From the NCBI GenBank assembly GCA_035512495.1, contig DATKDW010000083.1, forward strand, positions 6,045 to 70,044: a DNA stretch of 64,000 bases, written 5' to 3'. Below, in pieces: positions 26,355 to 35,766 of the stretch. Every line of letters begins with the position of its first letter. The first letter of the stretch is position 1. This DNA comes from Acidimicrobiales bacterium. Lineage in GTDB: Bacteria; Actinomycetota; Acidimicrobiia; Acidimicrobiales; CADCSY01. A program made the translations under genes and the position numbers. The notes below the pieces were generated by a model that ran no database searches, had not been told where the DNA came from, and worked only from the letters and a program-made list of their open reading frames with translations.

Positions 26355-26660
26355 TCAGTCGTCCTCGAAGCCGATGAGCGGGGCATCGCCCTCGCAGTGA
26401 CGGGAGGTCGCGCCCCTAAGGTCATCCCCCTCGGGATGGTCGTCAAAGGGATCACCCAGCCACTGCAGCCGCTCGTAGCAGGTGGCCCGCTGCTGTTCCA
26501 CGATGAGGGAATCCGTCCGGTCGATTAGCTGACCGAGTCGAACAACGCCGACGACGGCGAGCACTGCCAGGACCGCGAGAAGGGCAACGGCCACCCACGT
26601 GGGTGAGAGCCCGGCGCTTCGCTCGAGCGAGAGCTCGGTCTGATCGTCCGGCAGGTTCAC
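26355..26660 (-). CDS. small single-pass membrane protein, unknown function
   Basis: A TM segment (WVAVALLAVLAVLAVVGVV) is followed by a Cys-containing acidic tail. The start is uncertain because the ORF is open to 26774. Confidence 0.4.
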   Translation of the reverse strand: MNLPDDQTELSLERSAGLSPTWVAVALLAVLAVLAVVGVVRLGQLIDRTDSLIVEQQRATCYERLQWLGDPFDDHPEGDDLRGATSRHCEGDAPLIGFEDD

Positions 26661-26737
26661 CCGGTGATCGTACGTCGGCGCCTTGAGATGACCTGCGAGG
26701 ATGGGGCCGTCGCCGGATGCTGAGGGATGGACAGGCC

Positions 26738-27130
26738 ATGGAGCTTCGACCGTCCACGCCGGGAGATGCGGCATCGTTGTCGTTGGTGCATGCCGCGACG
26801 TGGAGGGCCACCAACGTCGGTCAGGTGCCCGAAGTGCTGGCGGAGGAGCGAGTCGTGAAGGCGCGGAACAGGACTGGGTCAGCTACACCGAGAAGCGTGT
26901 CGCCGCTGGTGGAGGCGTCTTGGTGGTCGCCGACGAACACGATGTCGTCGGGTTCTGCGAGTACGGACCGACCGAGGACGCCCCACTCTCATGGCGGTTC
27001 CTTCCACTCCCTGGCCCGCGGCGGTCGTGAAACGCAAGGAATCGCCACGAGAACCTGGGGACGGGCGTTTGGTCGCGGGCCTGTGGGACGACGGGCTAGC
27101 CGGCAGCAGGAGCGGGGTGGCCCATTTCGG
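26738..27130 (+). pseudogene. GNAT acetyltransferase disrupted by frameshifts
   Basis: Frame 1 reads MELRPSTPGDAASLSLVHAATWRATN. Frame 2 continues WVSYTEKRVAAGGGVLVVADEHDVVGFCEYGPTED. The motif A region is scattered over frames (FHSLA..RETQGIAT / GRLVAGLWDDGLAG). Confidence 0.55.
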
Positions 27131-27155
27131 GCCATTGGTGGCTAGGATCGGGCCG

Positions 27156-27317
27156 ATGGCGAACGTCGAACTCGAACGGGTCGAGGCGCTGGAGCTGCTC
27201 GGGATGGTGTTGGCACACCTGAACGACGCTGAGGCTCGACGCGAGATGTCGGCAAGGGTTCCGATGCTGATGGGCATCCGGAACAAGTTGGCTGCATCGC
27301 TCCGGGAGGAACAATGA
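27156..27317 (+). CDS. small helical protein (53 aa), unknown function
   Basis: MANVELERVEALELLGMVLAHLNDAEARREM... Its stop overlaps the next ATG (ATGA). Confidence 0.35.
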   Translation: MANVELERVEALELLGMVLAHLNDAEARREMSARVPMLMGIRNKLAASLREEQ

Positions 27318-27571
27318 CCTACAGCGAGGCCCAGGTGACCGCGGCGAACACCGCGATCGACAAGTACCGCTCCGGGGAGGAAGGAGAGGTTGGCGCCGCG
27401 CTTGCGGTGGTCGGTCTCAGCGCCGAGCGAGCCGCACGCGAAGCCGCCATCCGCGATGACATGATCCGGGTCGCTCATCGAGCCGGGGCATCTCTGCGTC
27501 AGCTCGCCGAGGTGTCCGGGCTCAATCGCAAGACGGTGACGACCATCGTCGAGGCCGACGTCTCGGCCTGA
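27314..27571 (+). CDS. small protein with a C-terminal helix-turn-helix (85 aa)
   Basis: ASLRQLAEVSGLNRKTVTTIV is HTH-like. It is translationally coupled to the preceding small ORF. Confidence 0.45.
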   Translation: MTYSEAQVTAANTAIDKYRSGEEGEVGAALAVVGLSAERAAREAAIRDDMIRVAHRAGASLRQLAEVSGLNRKTVTTIVEADVSA

Positions 27572-27609
27572 CCGGCAGGGGCGCATTGGCGCCTCGCAGG
27601 TGGCTCGGT

Positions 27610-28194
27610 CTACGCCGGGTCGACGCTCGCGCCGCCGTCTTCGCCCGCCAGGGCGGTGGCGGGCGTGGAGGCGAGGGCGCCGGTCTCGATCAGCTCGCGC
27701 ACCGCCGGCACCGGGTCGGGGTCGGAGAAGAGACGGCGGTCGCCATAGTCGGCGTCGCGGCCGGTCGGGTCGATGACCCACCACGAGGCCTCGAGGGCGA
27801 TGCCGTTCGGGTCGGTGAAGTAGATGGAGCGCACGAAGACGTGGTCGACGACATCGGTGACGGCGCACCCGTGGGCCTTGAGGCGGGCGGCGAGCTCCTC
27901 GAGGGCGTGCTCGTCGGCGAGGTTGAACGCCAGGTGGTCGAACTGCGCCGCTCTCGGGTCGGGGACCCCGGCGGGCTTCGAGAACGGCTCGATCTTGGCG
28001 TTGCGGTACTCGAAGAAGGCCACGGTCTGCTCGGGGCCGAAGTCGAAGAAGTAGTGCCGGAAGCTGGCAGCGCCGATGGTGGTCACGAGCCTGGCTCCCA
28101 GCACGCCGTGCCAGAAGCGGACCGTGGCATCCATGTCGGTCGTCACCAGCGCCAGGTGGTTGATGCCCCGCCAACGGGGCTGCACGGAGGTCAT
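27610..28194 (-). CDS. VOC (glyoxalase/bleomycin-resistance/dioxygenase) family protein
   Basis: INHLALVTTDMDATVRFWHGVLG...FDHLAFNLADEHALEELAARL...SIYFTDPNGIALE. Confidence 0.8.
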   Translation of the reverse strand: MTSVQPRWRGINHLALVTTDMDATVRFWHGVLGARLVTTIGAASFRHYFFDFGPEQTVAFFEYRNAKIEPFSKPAGVPDPRAAQFDHLAFNLADEHALEELAARLKAHGCAVTDVVDHVFVRSIYFTDPNGIALEASWWVIDPTGRDADYGDRRLFSDPDPVPAVRELIETGALASTPATALAGEDGGASVDPA

Positions 28195-28270
28195 GGCTCC
28201 ACGGTACGGCCCGATCGGCCACCTTGCTCCGCCCAGCGGAGCAGGTCGGATGGCGCGGCGGCTCCCTCGC

Positions 28271-28666
28271 TCAGACGGGGCTCCCGTACCGGGCGACCAA
28301 TTCGGGGATCCGGGGAAGGAAGCTGACCTTGTCGAAGCAGGCAGTGGCGCCTCGCCGCCGGGTCTGCTCGAACACGTCGACCGGCGCCTGCCCGCTCACC
28401 ACGAGCACCACGGCATGCGGGCAGCGACGTCGGAGCTCGGGCAGGGTCGCCATGCCGTCGCGCTCGGGCATGAAGAGGTCGAGGATGACGACGTCGGGCG
28501 TGTGGCGCTCGACGCAGGCGATGCAGTCGTTGCCATCGACGGCCTCGACCACCTCGGCGCCCTCGTCCTCGAAGGCCATCCGGAACAGGGTGCGGATGGG
28601 CGCCTCGTCGTCGCAGATGAGGACAAGCACACCTCCAGGTAAGCAACAGCGCTGCGTGCCGACCAT
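28271..28666 (-). CDS. stand-alone response-regulator receiver domain (CheY-like)
   Basis: VLVLICDDEAPIR...PDVVILDLFMPERDGMATL...VVLVVSG. No output domain is present and no histidine kinase occurs in the window. Confidence 0.75.
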   Translation of the reverse strand: MVGTQRCCLPGGVLVLICDDEAPIRTLFRMAFEDEGAEVVEAVDGNDCIACVERHTPDVVILDLFMPERDGMATLPELRRRCPHAVVLVVSGQAPVDVFEQTRRRGATACFDKVSFLPRIPELVARYGSPV

Positions 28667-28769
28667 GGCCCGTTCGGGTGGTCGTGCGGAGTGGTTGACC
28701 ATCTGCGACATCGGCGCGACGATCGACCTACCGGCTCGTGAACAGATTCACGAGCGATGGAGGTACCAC

Positions 28770-29186
28770 GTGACCGAGCGCAAGCCGCCGGGGGTCCGGT
28801 GGGAGGGGTGGGTCGACCGCATCGTCCGGGAGGGCCGCGAGCGGGGCGACTTCGACGACCTCCCCGGGACGGGCAAGCCCCTCCCCGACCTCGACCGCCC
28901 TCGTGACGAGATGTGGTGGGTCAAGCAGCTGCTCCAACGTGAGCAGGTGACCGTGACCCCGCCGACGATCGCCGTCCGCCGGGAGCTCGAGGAGGCACGG
29001 GCGCTGATCGCCGGGCTGGACGACGAAGGCCGGGTCCGGGAGGTCGTCGAGGCCATCAACACGCGGATCCGGGGCGTCAACCGCCTCGCCTCCAGCGGAC
29101 CGCCCTCCACCCTCATGACCCTCGACGTCGAGGAGACGGTCGAGCACTGGCGCACCACCCGCCAGGAGCTCAGCGGCAGCTGCTGA
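28770..29186 (+). CDS. DUF1992 (DnaJC28-like) domain protein
   Basis: WVDRIVREGRERGDFDDLPGTGKPLPDL...WWVKQLLQRE. GTG 28770 follows GGAGG. Confidence 0.7.
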   Translation: MTERKPPGVRWEGWVDRIVREGRERGDFDDLPGTGKPLPDLDRPRDEMWWVKQLLQREQVTVTPPTIAVRRELEEARALIAGLDDEGRVREVVEAINTRIRGVNRLASSGPPSTLMTLDVEETVEHWRTTRQELSGSC

Positions 29187-29826
29187 GCGCCGGCTCCGGG
29201 GCCCGCAGGGGGGCGCGCAGGGTCGAGGTGAGCCCCACGGGGTGGCGCGCCGGCCGCAGGACCAGGCGCATGCTCGTGAGGTGCGCGCCCGGGTGCACTC
29301 CGGCGATCCCGGCAAGTGGGTCGGCGGCCGGCGCCACCAAGCGGACCGACGCCACGTGGGCGCGCCCACGGAGCCGCCCCGGTGCCACGACGGGGCCGTC
29401 TGCCCGGCGCTGCAGGGCCCGCAGGGGGAACAGCCCCGGCAGTGGGACGCCATGGGGCTGGCCACGGACGACGATGTCGCGCTCGGCCCAGCGCAGCTCG
29501 CGCTCGTCACCGTCGCGACGCCAGGTGAGCCGGCCGACCTCCTTCGGCAGCCCCCAGCTGATGCGTCCGGCCCGCCGGGACTCGGGCGAGTCGACCACCA
29601 TGGTGGTGAAGCACCAGCCGGGCCGCAGGCCCAGGCGGGCCGGCTCGCCCACGGCCAGCTCGAGGTACGGCCCCACCGGGGAGGACTCGTAGCAGGCCCC
29701 GACGATGAGCAGCGGGCCCGGCAGGCGGTGCAGGCCCATCGGCAGCGCGGGAGACGAGCTCGGTCGCCGGGCCAGGGCGACGAGCGCCTCGCCGCCGAGG
29801 GTCCACGGCGCGTCCGGGGTGGTCAT
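29170..29826 (-). CDS. acetoacetate decarboxylase-like family protein
   Basis: YESSPVGPYLELAVGEP...WGLPKEVG pattern. Start at ATG 29826. The assignment is moderate. Confidence 0.5.
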   Translation of the reverse strand: MTTPDAPWTLGGEALVALARRPSSSPALPMGLHRLPGPLLIVGACYESSPVGPYLELAVGEPARLGLRPGWCFTTMVVDSPESRRAGRISWGLPKEVGRLTWRRDGDERELRWAERDIVVRGQPHGVPLPGLFPLRALQRRADGPVVAPGRLRGRAHVASVRLVAPAADPLAGIAGVHPGAHLTSMRLVLRPARHPVGLTSTLRAPLRAPEPALSSCR

Positions 29827-29975
29827 CGGCGCTCCCCCCGCGTCGGGGGTGCGCCGCCGCACCGCTCCACGCGCGCCCTGTCGGCCACGGTGCCGATCGT
29901 ACGCCTCCCCGCCTGGGACCGGGCGGGCCGAGGCGCGAATTTCGCCCCGTGGCGGGTGGCGGCGATGATCGACCG

Positions 29976-30770
29976 GTGATCACGAGCATCGACCTCGACC
30001 ACGTCGCCGTCGCCGTCGAGCGCCACGTCGACGCCTGGCCCCGCTACGTCGGCGACCTCGGCGGCCGCTGGCTCTCGGGCGGCGACAGCATCGGCTTCGC
30101 CGCCGCCCAGGTGAGCTACGCCAACGGCATGAAGCTCGAGGCCCTCCAGCCGGCGTCGGTCGACCGCAACGACTTCCTCCGACGCTTCCTCGACGCCAGC
30201 GGCCCGGGCGTGCACCACCTCACGTTCAAGGTGGCCGACATCAGCGCCGCGCTGGCCGCCGCCGAAGGAGCCGGCATCCAACCCGTCGGCGTCGACCTCC
30301 GCGACGCCGACTGGAAGGAGGCCTTCCTCCACCCCAAGGCGGCGCGGGGCGTCGTGGTCCAGCTCGCCCAGTCGATGGGCAGCTGGAGCAGCCCCCCGCC
30401 GCCCGACCTCCCCGAGGCGGCGCGAGGCCCCGCCGCGCTGGCCCACGTGACCCACGCCGTGGCGGACCTCGACGACGGGCTGGTGCTCTTCGCCGACCTC
30501 CTCGGCGGCGAGCGCACCGAGGAGGGTCACGGACCCGACGGCCGGTGGGTCGAGCTGGCCTGGCCCGGCCCTGGCAGGGTCCGACTGCTGGAGCCCGTCG
30601 ACGAGCTCCGGCGGTGGCTGGGCGGGCGTCCCGGCCGGGTGCACCACCTCGCGTTCGAGCTCGACGACCCGGGGGCCGTCACCGGCGCCCGGGCGCTCGG
30701 CGAGGACTCGTGGGAGGTCGCGCCCGAGGACAACCTCGGCGTGCGCCTCCGCCTCACCGCCACCGGGTGA
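29976..30770 (+). CDS. VOC family protein, two-module
   Basis: LDHVAVAVE...GVHHLTFKVADI forms one module and LAHVTHAVADL...VHHLAFELDD the second. Confidence 0.7.
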   Translation: MITSIDLDHVAVAVERHVDAWPRYVGDLGGRWLSGGDSIGFAAAQVSYANGMKLEALQPASVDRNDFLRRFLDASGPGVHHLTFKVADISAALAAAEGAGIQPVGVDLRDADWKEAFLHPKAARGVVVQLAQSMGSWSSPPPPDLPEAARGPAALAHVTHAVADLDDGLVLFADLLGGERTEEGHGPDGRWVELAWPGPGRVRLLEPVDELRRWLGGRPGRVHHLAFELDDPGAVTGARALGEDSWEVAPEDNLGVRLRLTATG

Positions 30771-30815
30771 GCCACGGCGGGGAATCATCGGGCGGCCGAG
30801 CGCGTTGGGCAAGAC

Positions 30816-31466
30816 ATGGCTGACGTCGACTTCTTCTGGGACCCGGTGTGCCCCTGGGCATGGATCACCTCGCGGTGGATCGAGGAGGTGGCGAGCCAGA
30901 CCGAGCTCCACGTCGACTGGCGATTCATCTCCCTTCGCATCGTCAACGAGGACCGCGACTACGGCTCGAAGTTCCCCCGCGGGTACCCGGAGGCCCACGG
31001 CGCCGGCCTCAGCCTCCTGCGGGTGGCGGCGCGCGTGCGCGCCGAGCACGGCCGCGAGCACCTCGGTCCGCTCTACACCGCCCTCGGGACCCGCCTCCAC
31101 GTCGAGCGGGAGGGCCTCGACATCCGCACGCCGGAGGGTGTGGCCGGCCTCCTGGGCGAGGTGGGGCCCATGCTCGAGCGCCTCGGCCTCGACCCGGCCA
31201 TCGCCTCCGCCGCCGAGGACGACTCGTGGGACGACGACGTCCGTGCCGACACCACAACCGCCCTCGAGCGGGCCGGCAAGGAGGTCGGCACCCCGGTGAT
31301 CACCTTCGAGCCGCCCGACGGGCCCTCGTTCTTCGGGCCGGTCATCTCCCGCATCCCCCGAGGGGACAAGGCCGTCGAGCTGTGGGATGCGGTGACCAAG
31401 ATCGCCGGATGGCCCGGCTTCGCCGAGCTCAAGCGGGCCATCCGGGAGCGACCCGCCACGTCCTGA
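30816..31466 (+). CDS. DsbA-family thiol:disulfide oxidoreductase (FrnE-like)
   Basis: The N-terminus FFWDPVCPWAWITSRW carries a CxxA/CxxC-type active site. GTPVITFEP is present near the C-terminus. Confidence 0.7.
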   Translation: MADVDFFWDPVCPWAWITSRWIEEVASQTELHVDWRFISLRIVNEDRDYGSKFPRGYPEAHGAGLSLLRVAARVRAEHGREHLGPLYTALGTRLHVEREGLDIRTPEGVAGLLGEVGPMLERLGLDPAIASAAEDDSWDDDVRADTTTALERAGKEVGTPVITFEPPDGPSFFGPVISRIPRGDKAVELWDAVTKIAGWPGFAELKRAIRERPATS

Positions 31467-31491
31467 CAGGACGCACCTACTCCGCCGCCGC

Positions 31492-32100
31492 TCAGGGGGC
31501 GTTGGCGTCGCGCAGGCAGAGCCACACGCCGTCGGCGGCCATCGGGGTGGCCGACGAGTCGCTCGGGCAGCGCGAGGAGCGGTGCACCACCAGGTCGACC
31601 CTCCCCTCGTTGGGCTCGGTGCACGGCACGGCGACCACGTCGGCACCTCGCTGCACCTGGACGCATCCACCGACGAGGTCGGACGGCCGCACCCGCTCGT
31701 CACCGTCGCCCGAGCCCCCGGCAAACGCGGTGAACACGAAGATGATCCCGAGCACGAGGAGGGCGACGATCCACGGCAGCCCCCGGACGAACGACAGCCC
31801 GACGTCGCCCGGGACGGCCTGCCGGCCGACGTAGGGGCGATCGACGTCATCGGCGTCCCGGGGCCCGCCCATGGGCGCGGCGGCCACGTCGAGCGAGCGG
31901 TCGTAGGCGGCCCGCCGGACCGGGTCGCCCAGGACGCGCCACGCCTCGTTGACGTCTTGCATCGCCCGCGGGGTCGCCGTCTCGCCCTGCGCCGCGGCAC
32001 GGTCGGGGTGCAGCGCGCGAGCCCGGTGCAGGTACGCCTGGCGCACCTCGCCGGCGGTGGCCCCTCGGCCGACGCCGAGGGTCTGGTAGTGCGTGGCCAC
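31492..32100 (-). CDS. J-domain (DnaJ-like) membrane protein
   Basis: HYQTLGVGRGATAGEVRQAYLHRARALHPDR carries the HPD motif. A TM helix (LPWIVALLVLGIIFVFTAF) and a Cys-containing C-terminal domain follow. Confidence 0.75.
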   Translation of the reverse strand: MATHYQTLGVGRGATAGEVRQAYLHRARALHPDRAAAQGETATPRAMQDVNEAWRVLGDPVRRAAYDRSLDVAAAPMGGPRDADDVDRPYVGRQAVPGDVGLSFVRGLPWIVALLVLGIIFVFTAFAGGSGDGDERVRPSDLVGGCVQVQRGADVVAVPCTEPNEGRVDLVVHRSSRCPSDSSATPMAADGVWLCLRDANAP

Positions 32101-32129
32101 GATGCCGAGGCTACGGGCGCCGCGGGTGC

Positions 32130-33044
32130 TCAGTACCCGAGGTCGAGGTCGACGAGGCCGACCAGGTCCTCCCCTGCCCCGAACCGCCGGACGTTCTCGG
32201 TGATGCGGGCCTCGACGTGAGGTCGCGCCATCGCGAGGGTGTTGGCGGTGTGGGGCGTGATGATGCAGCGGGGCTCATCCCAGAGGGGGTGACCCTCGGG
32301 CAGCGGCTCCGGGTCGGTGACGTCGATGCCGGCACCGCCGATGCGCCCCTCTCTCAGGGCGACCGCCAGGTCGTCGGTGACGACGTGAGCGCCCCGGGCA
32401 ACGTTGACCAGCCAGGCGTGCCCCTCCATCTGGTCGAGCTGGGCGGCGCCCACCAGCCCGGCCGTCTCGGGGGTCAGGGCCAGCGCCAGGACCACCAGGT
32501 CGGCGCCGGGCAACGCGTCGTCGAGGTGCTCGGACCCCAGCACGCGGGCCGCCCCGGGCACCGAGTCGGGGTGGCGGCGCACCACCGTGACCTCGCAGCG
32601 GAACGGGGCGAGGAGCGCCAGGAGGGCTTCGGTGATCCCACCGCCGCCCACCACGGTGACCCGTCCGTCGATCAGCGTCCGGCCACCCTGGCGACCCCAC
32701 GACGTGGCGCGGGCTCGCTGCGGCAGGCCACGTAGGCCGGCGAGGCCGAGGGCCAGGGCGTGCTCGGCCACCGGCTCGGCGTAGACGCCCTTGCCGCACG
32801 TCCATGTGCGGTCGGGCGTGAGCAGCCCGACGTACGGCTCGATGCCGGCCCAGGGCAGCTGCACCCACGACGCGCCGGTGGCCTCGGCCAGCACCGGCTC
32901 GAGGCCGTCGGGGTCCGGGGGACCGAACCACACCAGGGCCTCGGCCTCGGCGGGAGCAACGAGCTCGCCACCCCCGGCGACGATGGCCTCGGCGACCCAG
33001 GGAGGGACGCCGGCGGGGGCGAGGGCGACGCGCGGTGCGGGCAC
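32130..33044 (-). CDS. D-isomer-specific 2-hydroxyacid dehydrogenase family protein
   Basis: The NAD motif is VTVVGGGGITEALLALL, with NVARGAHV and ITPHTAN. GTG 33044 is chosen as the start. Confidence 0.8.
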   Translation of the reverse strand: MPAPRVALAPAGVPPWVAEAIVAGGGELVAPAEAEALVWFGPPDPDGLEPVLAEATGASWVQLPWAGIEPYVGLLTPDRTWTCGKGVYAEPVAEHALALGLAGLRGLPQRARATSWGRQGGRTLIDGRVTVVGGGGITEALLALLAPFRCEVTVVRRHPDSVPGAARVLGSEHLDDALPGADLVVLALALTPETAGLVGAAQLDQMEGHAWLVNVARGAHVVTDDLAVALREGRIGGAGIDVTDPEPLPEGHPLWDEPRCIITPHTANTLAMARPHVEARITENVRRFGAGEDLVGLVDLDLGY

Positions 33045-33100
33045 CAGCCCACGGTACCGCCGGGCGCGGAGAGGTTTGGTTGGCCTCTGCAACCTCTATC

Positions 33101-34426
33101 GTGCGACCGGTGCGAGCGTTGCGACGGCGGCAACCCATCATCACTGAGGAGCACGAGGAGGTCCCCACCTCCGGCGACTCCCCCTTCGCCCCTGGCACAG
33201 CGCGCGCGGCACTGGCGCACCGTGAGTTCCGCATCGTCTGGAGCGGGTCGTTCGCCTCCAACATCGGCAAGTGGATGCAGAACGTCATCCTCGGCGCCTA
33301 CGCCTACGAGCTCACCGGCTCGGCGCTGTTCGTGAGCCTGATCTACGTCGCCCAGCTGGGTCCCATGCTGCTGCTCTCGATCGTCGGCGGAGCGCTCGCC
33401 GACCTCGTCGACCGCCGCCGCCTGCTGCTGATCGCACAGGTGGAGCAGGCGGCAGCCTCGGTGGTCCTCGCCGTGCTCGTCCTCGCCGGCGACCCACCTC
33501 AAGTCGCCCTGCTCGCCGTCGTGGCGGCGATCGGCATCGGCAACGCCATCAACGCCCCCGCCTACACCGCCGTCCTGCCCCTCCTCGTGGGTCGGCGCGA
33601 CATGGCCGGCGCCATCGCCCTCAACTCCACCCAGATGAACGCCTCCCGGGTCATCGGGCCCGCCCTCGGTGGCCTCGCCTTGCCACTGATCGGCGCCGCC
33701 GGCGTCTTCTTCGTCAACGCCGCCACCTACGCCTTCGTCATCGCCGCCCTGCTGGTCATCCGCCTCCCGGCCACCGAGCCGGACCCCACCGGCGCCAAGG
33801 GCTGGCGGCGGCTGGTGGCGGGGCTCACCATCGCGCGTCGGGGCCCGCTGGTGCGCCGGTGCCTGATCACCATGTCGGTGTTCTCGCTGCTCTGCCTGCC
33901 CTTCATCGGTCAGCTGCCCACCCTGGCGGCACGCAACCTCGGCATGGACGTCGAGAGCACCGCCTACGGCCTCCTGTACTCCTGCTTCGGCCTCGGCGGC
34001 GTGATGGGCGCAATCTCGGTCGGCACCTTCCTCTCCCGCTTCGACCGCATGCGCACTGTGCGCGGCGGCCTCCTGGCGTTCGCCGTCGCCCTCACCACCT
34101 TCGCCCTGTTGCGCTCGCCGTGGCCCGCCTACCCCGTCGTGGCGGTGGTGGGGTTCTGCTACATGAGCACGGTGGTGTCGCTGTCGACCATCCTCCAGGA
34201 GCACATCCCGGACAGCGTGCGGGGTCGGGTCATGGCGCTGTGGATCATGGCCTTCGGCGGCACCGTGCCCATCGGCCTCCTCATCGCCGGTCCGCTCATC
34301 GAGCTCACCTCGGTCACGGCAGTGGTGCTCTACGGCGCCGTGGCCGCCGTGGGGCTGGCCTGGTACGCCGATCTCCGCAGCGCCGCCGAGCAGCCCGCGT
34401 CCCAGGCCCTCGCCGCCGGCCTCTAG
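33101..34426 (+). CDS. MFS transporter (EntS/MFS_3-like)
   Basis: REFRIVWSGSFASNIGKWMQNV, with about 12 predicted hydrophobic segments. The start is one of GTG 33101, GTG 33110 or TTG 33119. Confidence 0.75.
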   Translation: MRPVRALRRRQPIITEEHEEVPTSGDSPFAPGTARAALAHREFRIVWSGSFASNIGKWMQNVILGAYAYELTGSALFVSLIYVAQLGPMLLLSIVGGALADLVDRRRLLLIAQVEQAAASVVLAVLVLAGDPPQVALLAVVAAIGIGNAINAPAYTAVLPLLVGRRDMAGAIALNSTQMNASRVIGPALGGLALPLIGAAGVFFVNAATYAFVIAALLVIRLPATEPDPTGAKGWRRLVAGLTIARRGPLVRRCLITMSVFSLLCLPFIGQLPTLAARNLGMDVESTAYGLLYSCFGLGGVMGAISVGTFLSRFDRMRTVRGGLLAFAVALTTFALLRSPWPAYPVVAVVGFCYMSTVVSLSTILQEHIPDSVRGRVMALWIMAFGGTVPIGLLIAGPLIELTSVTAVVLYGAVAAVGLAWYADLRSAAEQPASQALAAGL

Positions 34427-35742
34427 TAACCCTCCACCAAGCGCTCGGCGAGGACCTCCAGGCCGGCGACCCGGCTGCCTTTGACGAGCACGGCGTCCCC
34501 CTCGGTCAGCGTCCCGAGGTGGGCCACCGCTCCCTCGATGTCGGCCACGTCGAGCACCCCGTAGGCGGGCTCGCCCACCGCCAGCACCTCGATCCCGAGC
34601 TCCGCGGCCAGCTCAGCCACGGCCCGGTGTTCGCGCTCGGCCACGTCGCCGAGCTCGGCCATGGTGCCGAGCACCGCCACCCGCCGTCGGGCCGGGAGGG
34701 CGGCGAGCGAGCGCAGCGCCGCCGCCACCGAGACCGGGTTGGCGTTGTACGAGTCGTTGACCACCAGCGCGCCGACGGGCGTGCGGACCAGCTCCATCCG
34801 CCACGGCGAGAGAGCGGCGTCGGCCAGCCCGGCGACGGCGTCGTCGACGACGACGCCGCAGGCCACCGCGCCCGCGACCGCGGCGAGTGCGTTGGCCACC
34901 TGGTGGTGGCCCCGGACCGCTAGGCGCACCTCTGCGTCACCCCACGGGCTGCGGAGGCGGAACGATGGCCGCAGCTCGTCGTCGACCACGATCGCCTCGG
35001 CCACGACGTCGGCCAGCGACCCGGGGTGGGCGAGGCCGTAGCGGACCACCGTGGCCGGGGTGACCGACGCCATGGCGGCGACCCGCTCGTCGTCGGCGTT
35101 GAGCACAGCTGTGGCGGTCGCCGGCAGGTCGGCCACCAGCTCGCTCTTGGCCCGGGCCACCGCCTCCAGCGACCCGAAGGTCTCGGTGTGGACCAGGCCC
35201 ACCGCGGTGACCACCCCCACCGTCGGCCGGGCGATGTCGCAGAGGAGCCGGATGTGGCCCGCCCCGCGCGCGCCCATCTCCACCACTGCCGCGTCGCACC
35301 CCTCCGGGGCGGCGAGGAGGGTGAGGGGGACGCCGAGCTCGTTGTTGAAGGACCGCTCGCTGGCCACCACGGTGAGGGTCGAGCCGATGGCCGCGGCCAT
35401 CAGGTCCTTCACCGACGTCTTGCCCACCGACCCGGTGATGCCGACCACGCGCTCGGGCAGGCGGTCGCGCGCGGCGCGGCCGAGCGCCGTGAGGGCGGCG
35501 GTGGTGTCGTCGACCACCACGGCGGTGCCGCCGACGGGAGGTCGCGAGGTGAGGTAGGCGGCGGCGCCGGACTCGAGCGCCCCGCTGATGAAGTCGTGGC
35601 CGTCGCGCTCGGCCACCAGCGGCACGAACAGCTCGCCGCCCACGACCAGGCGCGAATCGATGACCGCACCGTCGATCGCCACGTCGGGCCCGACCACCCG
35701 GCCCCCGGTCGCGGCCGCCACCTCTGTGGTCAGGAAGCGCAC
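34423..35742 (-). CDS. murF: UDP-N-acetylmuramoyl-tripeptide--D-alanyl-D-alanine ligase
   Basis: The last 439 aa of the fused ORF 34423..37491 contain VVGITGSVGKTSVKD (P-loop), NNELGVPLTLL and NDSYNANP. GTG 35742 gives an exact in-frame length of 1320 nt. Confidence 0.85.
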   Translation of the reverse strand: MRFLTTEVAAATGGRVVGPDVAIDGAVIDSRLVVGGELFVPLVAERDGHDFISGALESGAAAYLTSRPPVGGTAVVVDDTTAALTALGRAARDRLPERVVGITGSVGKTSVKDLMAAAIGSTLTVVASERSFNNELGVPLTLLAAPEGCDAAVVEMGARGAGHIRLLCDIARPTVGVVTAVGLVHTETFGSLEAVARAKSELVADLPATATAVLNADDERVAAMASVTPATVVRYGLAHPGSLADVVAEAIVVDDELRPSFRLRSPWGDAEVRLAVRGHHQVANALAAVAGAVACGVVVDDAVAGLADAALSPWRMELVRTPVGALVVNDSYNANPVSVAAALRSLAALPARRRVAVLGTMAELGDVAEREHRAVAELAAELGIEVLAVGEPAYGVLDVADIEGAVAHLGTLTEGDAVLVKGSRVAGLEVLAERLVEGY

Positions 35743-35766
35743 GTCGGTCGCCGGGGTGTCGCCGTC

